A stretch of 64,000 bases of DNA from Pseudomonadota bacterium (GTDB taxonomy: Bacteria; Pseudomonadota; Alphaproteobacteria; Sphingomonadales; Sphingomonadaceae), in the NCBI GenBank assembly GCA_023457895.1, contig JAEXAY010000012.1, forward strand, positions 2,512-66,511. The letters run 5' to 3'. Of this stretch, positions 8,178 to 15,763 are shown piece by piece. A program made the position numbers and the translations under genes. Under the pieces are notes generated by a model, which made no database searches, was not told the origin of the DNA, and worked only from the letters and a program-made list of their open reading frames with translations. The first letter of the stretch is position 1. Each line of letters starts with the position of its first letter.

Positions 8178-8690
8178 ATGCCCAAAGCCGCTGCCTTCGA
8201 TTCGCTGGCTGCCAATCGCAGCCTTGCCACGCGCCGCCATCCCGATGACGCACCTGATCCCGCCAAGCGCCGCAGCGGTAGCCGTCGCACCGTTACCGTC
8301 AACTTGCGCGAACATGTTACAAGCTGGTTGCATCATCGTGGACTGTTAAGCGATCGCCAGTTGGTGGCGGCCGAGCGGCTGCGTGCCGATTATGAACGCT
8401 CTGGTCTGGGCGCGCGGGTGACGATGCAGTGGGACCGCCCGGCCGCGGGCAAGGGAAGGCAGGGCAGTATGCACGGGAGCGACCCTACGCTGGCGCAGAT
8501 TGATGCGCGGCGCCGCTTCGATGCTGCTCTGGAGCGCGCCGGGCCGGGATTGTCGGATATTTGCTGGCGCATCATCTGCGCAAACGAAGGCATGGCCGAT
8601 GCCGAGCGGATGCTGGGCTGGCCCGCGCGTTCCGGCCGGCTGGTGCTTGCGCTCGCGCTCGACCGGGTCGCGGATTATTATGGCGTGTGA
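8178..8690 (+). CDS. Conserved hypothetical protein, divergent from the XRE-S24 gene; possibly DUF6456-type with an HTH-like C-terminus
   Basis: An AAGGAG RBS lies 7 nt before ATG 8178. The C-terminus LGWPARSGRLVLALALDRVADYYG looks like a winged-helix/sigma region-4-like segment. The family name is from memory and unverified. Confidence 0.6.
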   Translation: MPKAAAFDSLAANRSLATRRHPDDAPDPAKRRSGSRRTVTVNLREHVTSWLHHRGLLSDRQLVAAERLRADYERSGLGARVTMQWDRPAAGKGRQGSMHGSDPTLAQIDARRRFDAALERAGPGLSDICWRIICANEGMADAERMLGWPARSGRLVLALALDRVADYYGV

Positions 8691-8717
8691 GGCCGCAAAA
8701 TTTATTCTTGATCCAAC

Positions 8718-8737
8718 ATTCCTGCGAAAGCGGGAAT
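8718..8737. repeat. REP-like hairpin ATTCCTGC-GAAA-GCGGGAAT between convergent genes
   Basis: An 8-bp stem (one G.U pair) with a GAAA loop. The same GCGGGAAT/ATTCCCGC core recurs at 32149-32164. Confidence 0.5.
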
Positions 8738-8764
8738 CTTGGGTCGGATTTTTCAACTCTACAA

Positions 8765-10558
8765 CTATCCGCCGAGCGCTTCTGCCATCTCAGCTACTTC
8801 GAGCCAGCGCAGTTCGGCACTGTCCTTTTCGTCGCACAGTTCGCTCAATTGCGCCGTCAGTTTCTCGAACAAGGCCGGATCGCGCGTATAGAGTGCTGGA
8901 TCGTGCAGCGCTGCTTCCACTTCGGCCATCTTCTGCTCAATTTCTTCGATCCGGGCGGGAAGGAGATCATAATCGCGCTGGTCTTTATATGACAATTTGA
9001 CGCGCGAGGGCGCCGCCGCCGGGGCGCGGGCGGCGGTGGCTTCGCTCCTGGCGGTGGCCTTGGCCTTGACCTCGGGCGCCTTGCGTTTGGCTTCCCAGTC
9101 GGCATAGCCGCCCGCGATGATGTCGACCTTACCGGAGCCATCCATGCCGAGTGTTACCGTGACGGTGCGGTCGAGAAAGTCGCGGTCGTGGCTGACGATG
9201 AGGACGGTGCCGTCATAATCGGCGATCACCTCCTGCAGCAGATCGAGCGTTTCGAGGTCGAGATCGTTGGTCGGCTCGTCGAGCACCAGGAGGTTCGATT
9301 CGCGGGCAAATTCGCGCGCGAGGAGGAGGCGCGACTGCTCGCCGCCTGACAATGTGCCGACCCGCGCATCGACAAGGCCGGGATCGAACAGAAATTCCTT
9401 CAGGTAGCCTTGCACATGTTTCTTGTGGCCGCGCACCGTGACCCAGTCGCCGCCATCGGCGAGAATGTCGCGCACCCGTTTTTCCGGGCTGAGCAGGCTG
9501 CGCTGCTGGTCGATCATGATGCCGTTGAGCGTCTTCGCCAGCGTCACCGTCCCGCTATCGGGCGCGAGTTCGCCGGTGAGCAGCTTGAGCAGCGTCGTTT
9601 TGCCCGCGCCATTGGCACCGACCAGGCCGATGCGGTCGCCGCGCTGGATGCGCAGGTTGAAGTCGCGGACGATGACGCGATCGCCAAAGGATTTGCTGAC
9701 GCCATCGGCAACGATCACCGACTTGGTCTTGGTCTCGTGGGCGACCACCGCCAGTTTGGCAGCGCCCGAAGGACCGAGCATCGCCGCCCGCTGCGCGCGC
9801 ATCTCGTGCAGCTTGGCAAGGCGCCCCTGGTTGCGCTTGCGACGGGCGGTCACGCCGCGTTCGAGCCAATGCGCCTCGATCTTCAGCTTGGCGTCGAGCT
9901 TTTCCGCCGCGCGGGCTTCTTCGGCATAGATTTTTTCCATCCATGCTTCGAAGCCGCCAAAACCGATCTCGTTGCGCCGCAAATTGCCGCGGTCGAGCCA
10001 CAAGGTCTGGCGTGTCAGACGGGTAAGAAAGGTGCGGTCGTGGCTGATGACAAGAAAGGCGCCGGTATAGCGATTGAGCCAGCCTTCGAGCCAGTCGATC
10101 GCGGCAAGGTCGAGATGGTTGGTTGGCTCGTCGAGCAGCAGCACATCCGGATCGGATGCGAGCGCACGGCAGATAGCGGCGCGGCGGCGTTCGCCTCCGC
10201 TCGCGGTCCCGGCGCTGCGGCTCAAGTCAATGCCGAGCTGGTCGGCAATCGCCTCGACCTCGTGGCGCGGCGGTGCATGGGGTGTATGGATGGCATAATC
10301 GAGCAGCGTCTCGAACGCTGCGACATCGGGGTCCTGTTCGAGCATCACGACATTGGTGCCGGGGACGATGGTGCGCTTGCCCTCGTCCGGCTCGATTTCG
10401 CCCGCTATGAGCTTGAGCAGCGTGGTTTTGCCTGCGCCGTTCCGCCCGATCAGCGCCAGCCGGTCGCGCTCGCCGATATAGAGGTCGAGGTGGCGGAACA
10501 GCCAGCCGGAGCCCTGGACGAGGCCAAGATCTTCATATGCGAGGACGGGTGCAGACAT
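8765..10558 (-). CDS. ABC-F family ATPase (Uup/EttA-like, no membrane domain)
   Basis: Two ABC cassettes: Walker A GRNGAGKTTLLKL and GANGAGKTTLLKL, signatures LSGGERRR and LSGGEQSR. There is a C-terminal coiled-coil tail. The start is set at MSAPVLAYEDL (10558). Confidence 0.93.
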   Translation of the reverse strand: MSAPVLAYEDLGLVQGSGWLFRHLDLYIGERDRLALIGRNGAGKTTLLKLIAGEIEPDEGKRTIVPGTNVVMLEQDPDVAAFETLLDYAIHTPHAPPRHEVEAIADQLGIDLSRSAGTASGGERRRAAICRALASDPDVLLLDEPTNHLDLAAIDWLEGWLNRYTGAFLVISHDRTFLTRLTRQTLWLDRGNLRRNEIGFGGFEAWMEKIYAEEARAAEKLDAKLKIEAHWLERGVTARRKRNQGRLAKLHEMRAQRAAMLGPSGAAKLAVVAHETKTKSVIVADGVSKSFGDRVIVRDFNLRIQRGDRIGLVGANGAGKTTLLKLLTGELAPDSGTVTLAKTLNGIMIDQQRSLLSPEKRVRDILADGGDWVTVRGHKKHVQGYLKEFLFDPGLVDARVGTLSGGEQSRLLLAREFARESNLLVLDEPTNDLDLETLDLLQEVIADYDGTVLIVSHDRDFLDRTVTVTLGMDGSGKVDIIAGGYADWEAKRKAPEVKAKATARSEATAARAPAAAPSRVKLSYKDQRDYDLLPARIEEIEQKMAEVEAALHDPALYTRDPALFEKLTAQLSELCDEKDSAELRWLEVAEMAEALGG

Positions 10559-10704
10559 GGAAGCGGCGGGTAGCGGGGAGGGGGCAAGGATGCAAGAGGC
10601 GCAGCCCTTCGCGGGCAAAAGGCAAAGGCTCACCCGCCGTTCAGGGAACCCGTTTTACAAGCGCTTCGTTATCCCCATCGTCTATGGTAATTGGAGGACC
10701 ATGA

Positions 10705-11433
10705 ATGAAAATGCTTTCCCTCATCGCCGCGCTTGCGCTCGCGGCCAGTCCGGCCGCGCTGGTCGCCCAGGTTCAAACGGTGGCGCCCGTGTCCGTTGAC
10801 TCGCCGCTGGTGACGCTGACCGTCAACGAGGAGGTGCAATCCGCTCCGACGCTCGCCACCATGAGCGCGGGCGTGATGACGACAGCGCCCACCGCAAGCG
10901 AGGCGCTGCGGCAGAACTCGCAGAAGATGAATGCCGTGGTGGCCGAACTCAAGAAACGCGGCATCGCACCGAAGGACATCCAGACGTCCGGGATCAACCT
11001 TTCGCCGCAGTATAATTACAACAACCGGGATGGTCAGCCGCCGCAGCTCACCGGCTATCAGGCCTCGAACAATGTGACGCTGAAGACACGCGAGATCGCG
11101 AAGATCGGCGAGCTGCTCGATGCGCTGGTCGCGGCCGGCGGCAATAACATCAATGGTCCGGCCTTCTCGGTCGAGGACGATACGCAACTCAGGTTCCAGG
11201 CCCGCGACAAGGCGCTCAAGGCCGCCGAGGCACAGGCGAATTTCTATGCCCAGCGGGCCGGGTTCAAACGCGCGCGGCTGGTGTCGATCACCGAAGGGCA
11301 GAGCGGTTATGGTGGCGGCCCGGTTCCGGTCGCTTATGAAATGAAGGCCGCGGCCAGCGACCGCGCCCCGGTCGAACCCGGCGAAGTCGGCACCGGCGTG
11401 ACCCTCACGGTCCAGTACCGCCTCGAAAACTGA
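10705..11433 (+). CDS. SIMPL-domain periplasmic protein (BP26/Omp28-like, DUF541)
   Basis: Has a signal peptide (MKMLSLIAALALAASPAALVAQ) and the typical SIMPL pattern (..TLTVNEEV...APTASEALRQNSQKMNAVVAELKKRGIAPKDIQTSGINLSPQY..). A GGAGG RBS lies 7 nt upstream. Confidence 0.85.
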   Translation: MKMLSLIAALALAASPAALVAQVQTVAPVSVDSPLVTLTVNEEVQSAPTLATMSAGVMTTAPTASEALRQNSQKMNAVVAELKKRGIAPKDIQTSGINLSPQYNYNNRDGQPPQLTGYQASNNVTLKTREIAKIGELLDALVAAGGNNINGPAFSVEDDTQLRFQARDKALKAAEAQANFYAQRAGFKRARLVSITEGQSGYGGGPVPVAYEMKAAASDRAPVEPGEVGTGVTLTVQYRLEN

Positions 11434-11501
11434 TCTTGACGTAAGGCAGGGCGAACCCTAAGGGGTGCGCCCTGTCCCCGCGCATTGGCCGCGCGGATCG
11501 T

Positions 11502-11579
11502 GGCGATCGTAGCTCAGTTGGTTAGAGCGCCGGTTTGTGGTACCGGAGGTCGCGGGTTCGGATCCCGTCGATCGCCCCA
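11502..11579 (+). tRNA. tRNA-His (anticodon GTG) with genome-encoded G-1
   Basis: G-GCGATCG-TA-GCTC-AGTTGGTTA-GAGC-G-CCGGT-TTGTGGT-ACCGG-AGGTC-GCGGG-TTCGGAT-CCCGT-CGATCGC-C-CCA. The extra 5' G pairs opposite the discriminator C73. Confidence 0.95.
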
Positions 11580-11603
11580 TTTTCTCCCCCTTTTATCTTC
11601 CCC

Positions 11604-11654
11604 GCATTGCCCGGTCGCTGGCATTGCCTATTCGCTTGCATTGCCGCGTCGCCT
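11604..11654. repeat. Tandem direct repeat, 3 x 17 bp (GCATTGCC-nnnTCGCyn)
   Basis: GCATTGCC occurs at 11604, 11621 and 11638. The spacers cggTCGCTg, tatTCGCTt and gcgTCGCCt are also related. It lies between tRNA-His and the amino-acid dehydrogenase gene. Confidence 0.85.
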
Positions 11655-11743
11655 TGCGCCGGAGCCTGTCGCTTTTTCTGCTGACAAGTTTGCGGCCATA
11701 TATTATTACGAAACGATGTAATATTATTTCAGATGGTTTAGGA

Positions 11744-12796
11744 ATGTCTATGACTGCAATCTGGGACTTGCCCGACTTTGACGACCATGAATTCGTGCAT
11801 GTCGTGACCGACCGGGCAACAGGGCTGAAAGCCGTGATTGCGGGACATTCGACCCATTTGGGGCCGGCGATGGGGGGAACGCGCTACTGGCACTATGCCG
11901 ACCGGCAGACCGCGATTACCGATGCGCTGCGGCTTTCGCGCGGGATGAGCTACAAGAATGCGATGGCGGGGCTTCCGTTCGGCGGCGGCAAGGCAGTGAT
12001 CCTGGCCGATGATGCGGCTCCCAAGGACGCCGCCTATCTTGCCGCCTTCGGCCGCGCGATCACGGGTCTTGGCGGCCGCTATATCACGGCTGAGGACGTC
12101 GGTATCAGCGTTGCCGATATCGTCGCGATTGCCCGGGAAACCCGCTATATCGCAGGGCTTCCGGTTGCAGGCGAAGAAGCCGGAGGCGACCCCGGTCCGT
12201 TCACCGCCCATGGGGTCTATCTGGGGATCCGCGCGGCGGCGAACGAGGCTTTTGGCAGTGATGACATGGCCGGGCGACATGTTGCGATCCAGGGCGTCGG
12301 CAGTGTTGGCGGCAATGTCGCGCGGCGGCTCGCGGCGGACGGGGCCAAACTCACGCTCGCCGATTTCGATGCCGGCAAGGCGCGCTCGCTCGCGGCGGAA
12401 CTGGGCGCGGAGGCGGCTGACAAGGAAGCGATCCTGCAGGTTGAATGCGATGTGTTCAGCCCCAATGCACTGGGCGCAATCCTGACCGGAGACAGTGTCG
12501 CGGCATTGCAGGCGCCCGTCGTGGCGGGGGCTGCCAATAATCAGCTGGCAACTGCGGCGATCGGGCGATTGATCCACGACCGCCGGATTGTCTACGCGCC
12601 CGATTATGTGATCAACGCCGGCGGCATCATTAATGTCGGCCTCGAATATCTGGGGCAGGGCAGCCGCGCCGATGTAGAAGGGCGGATCGCGCAGATACCC
12701 CAGCGTCTCGCGCAAATCTGGGCCGCGAGCAAAGCGGAAAACCGACCGGCATCGGAAGTGGCGGATGCAATGGCGAGAAGGCTCATCGGACGGTAG
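11744..12796 (+). CDS. Glu/Leu/Phe/Val dehydrogenase family protein (leucine dehydrogenase-like)
   Basis: Contains GGTRYWHY and GLPFGGGKAVI (catalytic Lys region) and a GVGSVGG Rossmann motif. The start is set at ATG 11744; the track ORF start at 11537 would overlap tRNA-His. Confidence 0.85.
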   Translation: MSMTAIWDLPDFDDHEFVHVVTDRATGLKAVIAGHSTHLGPAMGGTRYWHYADRQTAITDALRLSRGMSYKNAMAGLPFGGGKAVILADDAAPKDAAYLAAFGRAITGLGGRYITAEDVGISVADIVAIARETRYIAGLPVAGEEAGGDPGPFTAHGVYLGIRAAANEAFGSDDMAGRHVAIQGVGSVGGNVARRLAADGAKLTLADFDAGKARSLAAELGAEAADKEAILQVECDVFSPNALGAILTGDSVAALQAPVVAGAANNQLATAAIGRLIHDRRIVYAPDYVINAGGIINVGLEYLGQGSRADVEGRIAQIPQRLAQIWAASKAENRPASEVADAMARRLIGR

Positions 12797-12846
12797 TAAA
12801 GTGCCTCTTGCGGTCTTGCGGAGAGCGCATCAAGGGCTGTACGAAA

Positions 12847-14187
12847 TCAGACTTTCGCTAGGGCTTGTTCGAAATCCGCGATCAGGTCGCTGGCATCCTC
12901 GACGCCGATCGAGATTCGCACTAGATTATCGGTGATACCAAGTGCATCCTTGCGCTCCTGCGGTACGGACAGGTGCGTCATCGCGGCCGGGTGGCTCGCC
13001 AGCGTTTCGGTGCCGCCCAGACTTACGGCGAGTTTGGCGAGTTTCAGAGCATCGAGGAAACGGAAACTCTCCTTCTCGCCCCCCTTAATGAACAGCGAGA
13101 AGGTTGATCCGGCGCCGCTGCAATGACGTTTGAAGATGTCTTTCTGCCGCTTTTCGGTAATCTGGCCGAGATAGCCTAGGCCTTCAACCTTGGGGTGTTT
13201 CTTGAGAAACGCGCAGACTTTTTCGGCATTTTCGCCGGCGCGGCTCATCCTCAGTTCAAGGGTTTCTAGGCTGCGCAGCAGCATCCAGGCCGTGTTGGGG
13301 TCACATATCGTTCCGATAACATTACGCATCGGGCGAATGGCGTCGATCAGCTGCTGGCTGCCGAGCACACCGCCCGCGACGAGATCGCTGTGCCCGCCCG
13401 CATATTTGGTGAGGCTGTAGATAACGAGGTCGGCGCCATGCCGCAGCGGTTGCTGCCACAGGGGGCCGAGGAACGTGTTGTCCATCCCAATCGGCGGGCG
13501 GTTGGATTTCTTGAACGCTGCGTCACGCGCATCGCGCACCGCCTCGACGTCGACCAGCGCATTGGTCGGATTGGCCGGACTTTCGAGATAGACCAGCGCG
13601 ACCTTGCCGCCCTTTTCCCGGGCCAGTCCCTTGGCCCGTTCGAGCACGGCGTCGATTTCCTTGCGCGTCGCGCCGGCGGGGAAATCGAGATAGGAAATAC
13701 CGAAGCGGGAGAGGATGCGCGCGATCAGCGTCTCGGTCGCGGCATAGAGCGGCCCCGAATGGACGATCACGTCGTTCTGGCTCACCAGCGCGAGCAGCAT
13801 CGTCGAAATCGCCGACATGCCGGAAGAGAAAACGAGCGCATCATCCGCGCCGTCCCATACCGCCAGCCGGTCTTCGAGAATCTCCTGATTGGGGCCATTG
13901 AAGCGCGAATATACCAAGCCGTCGGCTGGTCCCTGCCGCTTTCCGGTGATATGTTCAAAGAAAGTCTTGCCTGCCTGCGCATTTTCGAATGCGAAAGTTG
14001 ACGTGAGAAAGATCGGCGGTTTGAGCGAGCCTTCCGAAAGTGTTGGCTGATAACCGTGGCCCATCATCAAGGTAGAGGGCTTGAGTTCGCGTCCGCCCAG
14101 TTTGTCGATCGGGGGCTTAGGTTTGCGGCGGGGCACCGCCGGAACGTTGTCAGCAGCTTTTGCGGGCTTTCTTGCCATGATGGTCAC
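12847..14187 (-). CDS. Cys/Met-metabolism PLP-dependent enzyme (cystathionine gamma-synthase family)
   Basis: Has the YSLTKYAGGHSDLVAG PLP-lysine motif and a basic N-terminal extension. The exact reaction cannot be assigned from sequence. Confidence 0.85.
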   Translation of the reverse strand: MTIMARKPAKAADNVPAVPRRKPKPPIDKLGGRELKPSTLMMGHGYQPTLSEGSLKPPIFLTSTFAFENAQAGKTFFEHITGKRQGPADGLVYSRFNGPNQEILEDRLAVWDGADDALVFSSGMSAISTMLLALVSQNDVIVHSGPLYAATETLIARILSRFGISYLDFPAGATRKEIDAVLERAKGLAREKGGKVALVYLESPANPTNALVDVEAVRDARDAAFKKSNRPPIGMDNTFLGPLWQQPLRHGADLVIYSLTKYAGGHSDLVAGGVLGSQQLIDAIRPMRNVIGTICDPNTAWMLLRSLETLELRMSRAGENAEKVCAFLKKHPKVEGLGYLGQITEKRQKDIFKRHCSGAGSTFSLFIKGGEKESFRFLDALKLAKLAVSLGGTETLASHPAAMTHLSVPQERKDALGITDNLVRISIGVEDASDLIADFEQALAKV

Positions 14188-14330
14188 TCTCCTTGGATAA
14201 GATACGAACCTAAACGCGAACTGGTTGCCAGTGCAACAATCTTGGTGGTCCGCTCGCTGACCGCAGGCTGACGAGTTTGATTCTAATGGGTGGAAAATGG
14301 CGAAAAGTTGGCTTAAAGGCTCGGCCAGCC

Positions 14331-15065
14331 ATGCATGCCTACGCCAATCCCACGCGATTTCTGAAGATTGCCAAGCCGCTTACGCCCTGGTTGCTGGGGC
14401 TAGGGGGGTTGCTGTGCCTTGTTGGCGCTTGGGCAGGGCTCACCCAGACTCCGGCCGACTATCTTCAGGGTGAAACGGTGCGGATCATGTATGTCCATGT
14501 ACCCGCCGCCTGGCTCGGCATGGGCGGCTGGACCAGCCTTGCGATCGCCGCGCTGGTGCAACTGGTGTGGCGGCATCCGCTGGCGGGCATCGCTGCGCGC
14601 GCCATTGCCGTGCCCGGCATGTTGTTCACCGCGCTTTGCCTTGCCACCGGTTCCATCTGGGGCAAGCCGACCTGGGGGACCTGGTGGGAATGGGACGGGC
14701 GGATGACATCCATGCTGGTGCTGCTTTTCCTTTACGCTGGCTTCATCGCGCTCGCCAATGCAAGCGAGGATGAAAATGGCCAGAAAGGCTCGCTGTCCAG
14801 AGTAGCAGCAATTTATGGGCTGGTCGGAGCCGTCAACATCCCGATCATCAACCGGTCGGTCGTGTGGTGGAACAGTCTGCACCAAGGGCCGAGCATTACC
14901 GTGCGCGGTTCGGCGATTGATGGCGCGATTTTGTGGCCGTTGTGGCTGACGCTGGCCGGCTTTTCCTTGCTGTTCGGCGGTATCGTGCTGATGCGGATGC
15001 GGGCGGCCATCGCCGACATCCGGGTCGAAGCCCGGATGCGTCGCATGGCGATGGAGGCGGTGTGA
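14331..15065 (+). CDS. ccmC: Heme exporter protein CcmC
   Basis: Has the WGTWWEWDGR (WWD) motif and is polytopic. The start is set at MHAYANPTRFLKI. Confidence 0.92.
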   Translation: MHAYANPTRFLKIAKPLTPWLLGLGGLLCLVGAWAGLTQTPADYLQGETVRIMYVHVPAAWLGMGGWTSLAIAALVQLVWRHPLAGIAARAIAVPGMLFTALCLATGSIWGKPTWGTWWEWDGRMTSMLVLLFLYAGFIALANASEDENGQKGSLSRVAAIYGLVGAVNIPIINRSVVWWNSLHQGPSITVRGSAIDGAILWPLWLTLAGFSLLFGGIVLMRMRAAIADIRVEARMRRMAMEAV

Positions 15066-15202
15066 TGACGGATCAATGGACTTTTGTCTGGGCGGCCTAT
15101 GCCCTGACCCTGTTTTTGAGCGCGGCGGTTCTGGTGTGGGCTTATGGTAGCATGCGCAGCGCCGAACGCCGCGCCGATGCGCTGAGAAGGAATCGTGACT
15201 GA
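15065..15202 (+). CDS. ccmD: Heme exporter protein CcmD
   Basis: 45 aa with a single TM helix (MTDQWTFVWAAYALTLFLSAAVLVWAY). Its ATG overlaps the ccmC TGA (TGATG). Confidence 0.8.
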   Translation: MTDQWTFVWAAYALTLFLSAAVLVWAYGSMRSAERRADALRRNRD

Positions 15203-15732
15203 TGCTCCAGCCCCCCGAGCCCAAACGGATGAAGGCGAAACATCAGCGGCTGGTGCTTGCTCTCCTTGCGCTGGTGGCGATTGTGGGGGCCGGCTTGCTG
15301 GCTGCATCTGCGCTCAAGGACGAAGCTGCCTATTTCTACGCGCCGTCGGAACTTGCCAGCAAGGGCGTTGCGCCGGGACAGGCGATCCGGCTCGGCGGGA
15401 TGGTCGTGCCGGGCAGCCTCGCCAAGGAAGCGGACGGCGTAACGCTGCGCTTTGAGGCAAGCGACGGCAAGGCGACGGTGCCAGTTCGCTTCGCGGGGAT
15501 CGCGCCTGATCTTTTCAAGGAAGGATCGGGCATGATCGCCGACGGCAGGCTTGGTTCTGATGGCGTCTTTGTGGCCGACAAGATCTTGGCCAAGCATGAC
15601 GAGCGCTATATGCCTGCCCAAATGGAAATGAGCCCGGAAATGCGAGCCGAGATGGAGCGGCATCAATCGGTCAAGTCAGATACAGCCAAGGCTTACGGGT
15701 CGTCCGATAACAAGGTGGCTCCGGCCCAATGA
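15202..15732 (+). CDS. ccmE: Cytochrome c-type biogenesis heme chaperone CcmE
   Basis: Has a membrane anchor, an OB fold and LAKHDERYMP (heme-binding His). Its ATG overlaps the ccmD TGA. An internal start at 15229 is also possible. Confidence 0.9.
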   Translation: MLQPPEPKRMKAKHQRLVLALLALVAIVGAGLLAASALKDEAAYFYAPSELASKGVAPGQAIRLGGMVVPGSLAKEADGVTLRFEASDGKATVPVRFAGIAPDLFKEGSGMIADGRLGSDGVFVADKILAKHDERYMPAQMEMSPEMRAEMERHQSVKSDTAKAYGSSDNKVAPAQ

Positions 15733-15763
15733 CAACAGCTCAAATGGGACAGGGACGGCCAAC

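Noticed and set aside
11537-11743. 5' extension of the amino-acid dehydrogenase ORF
   Set aside because: It would start inside tRNA-His and read through the 17-bp repeats. Family similarity begins only at the ATG at 11744.
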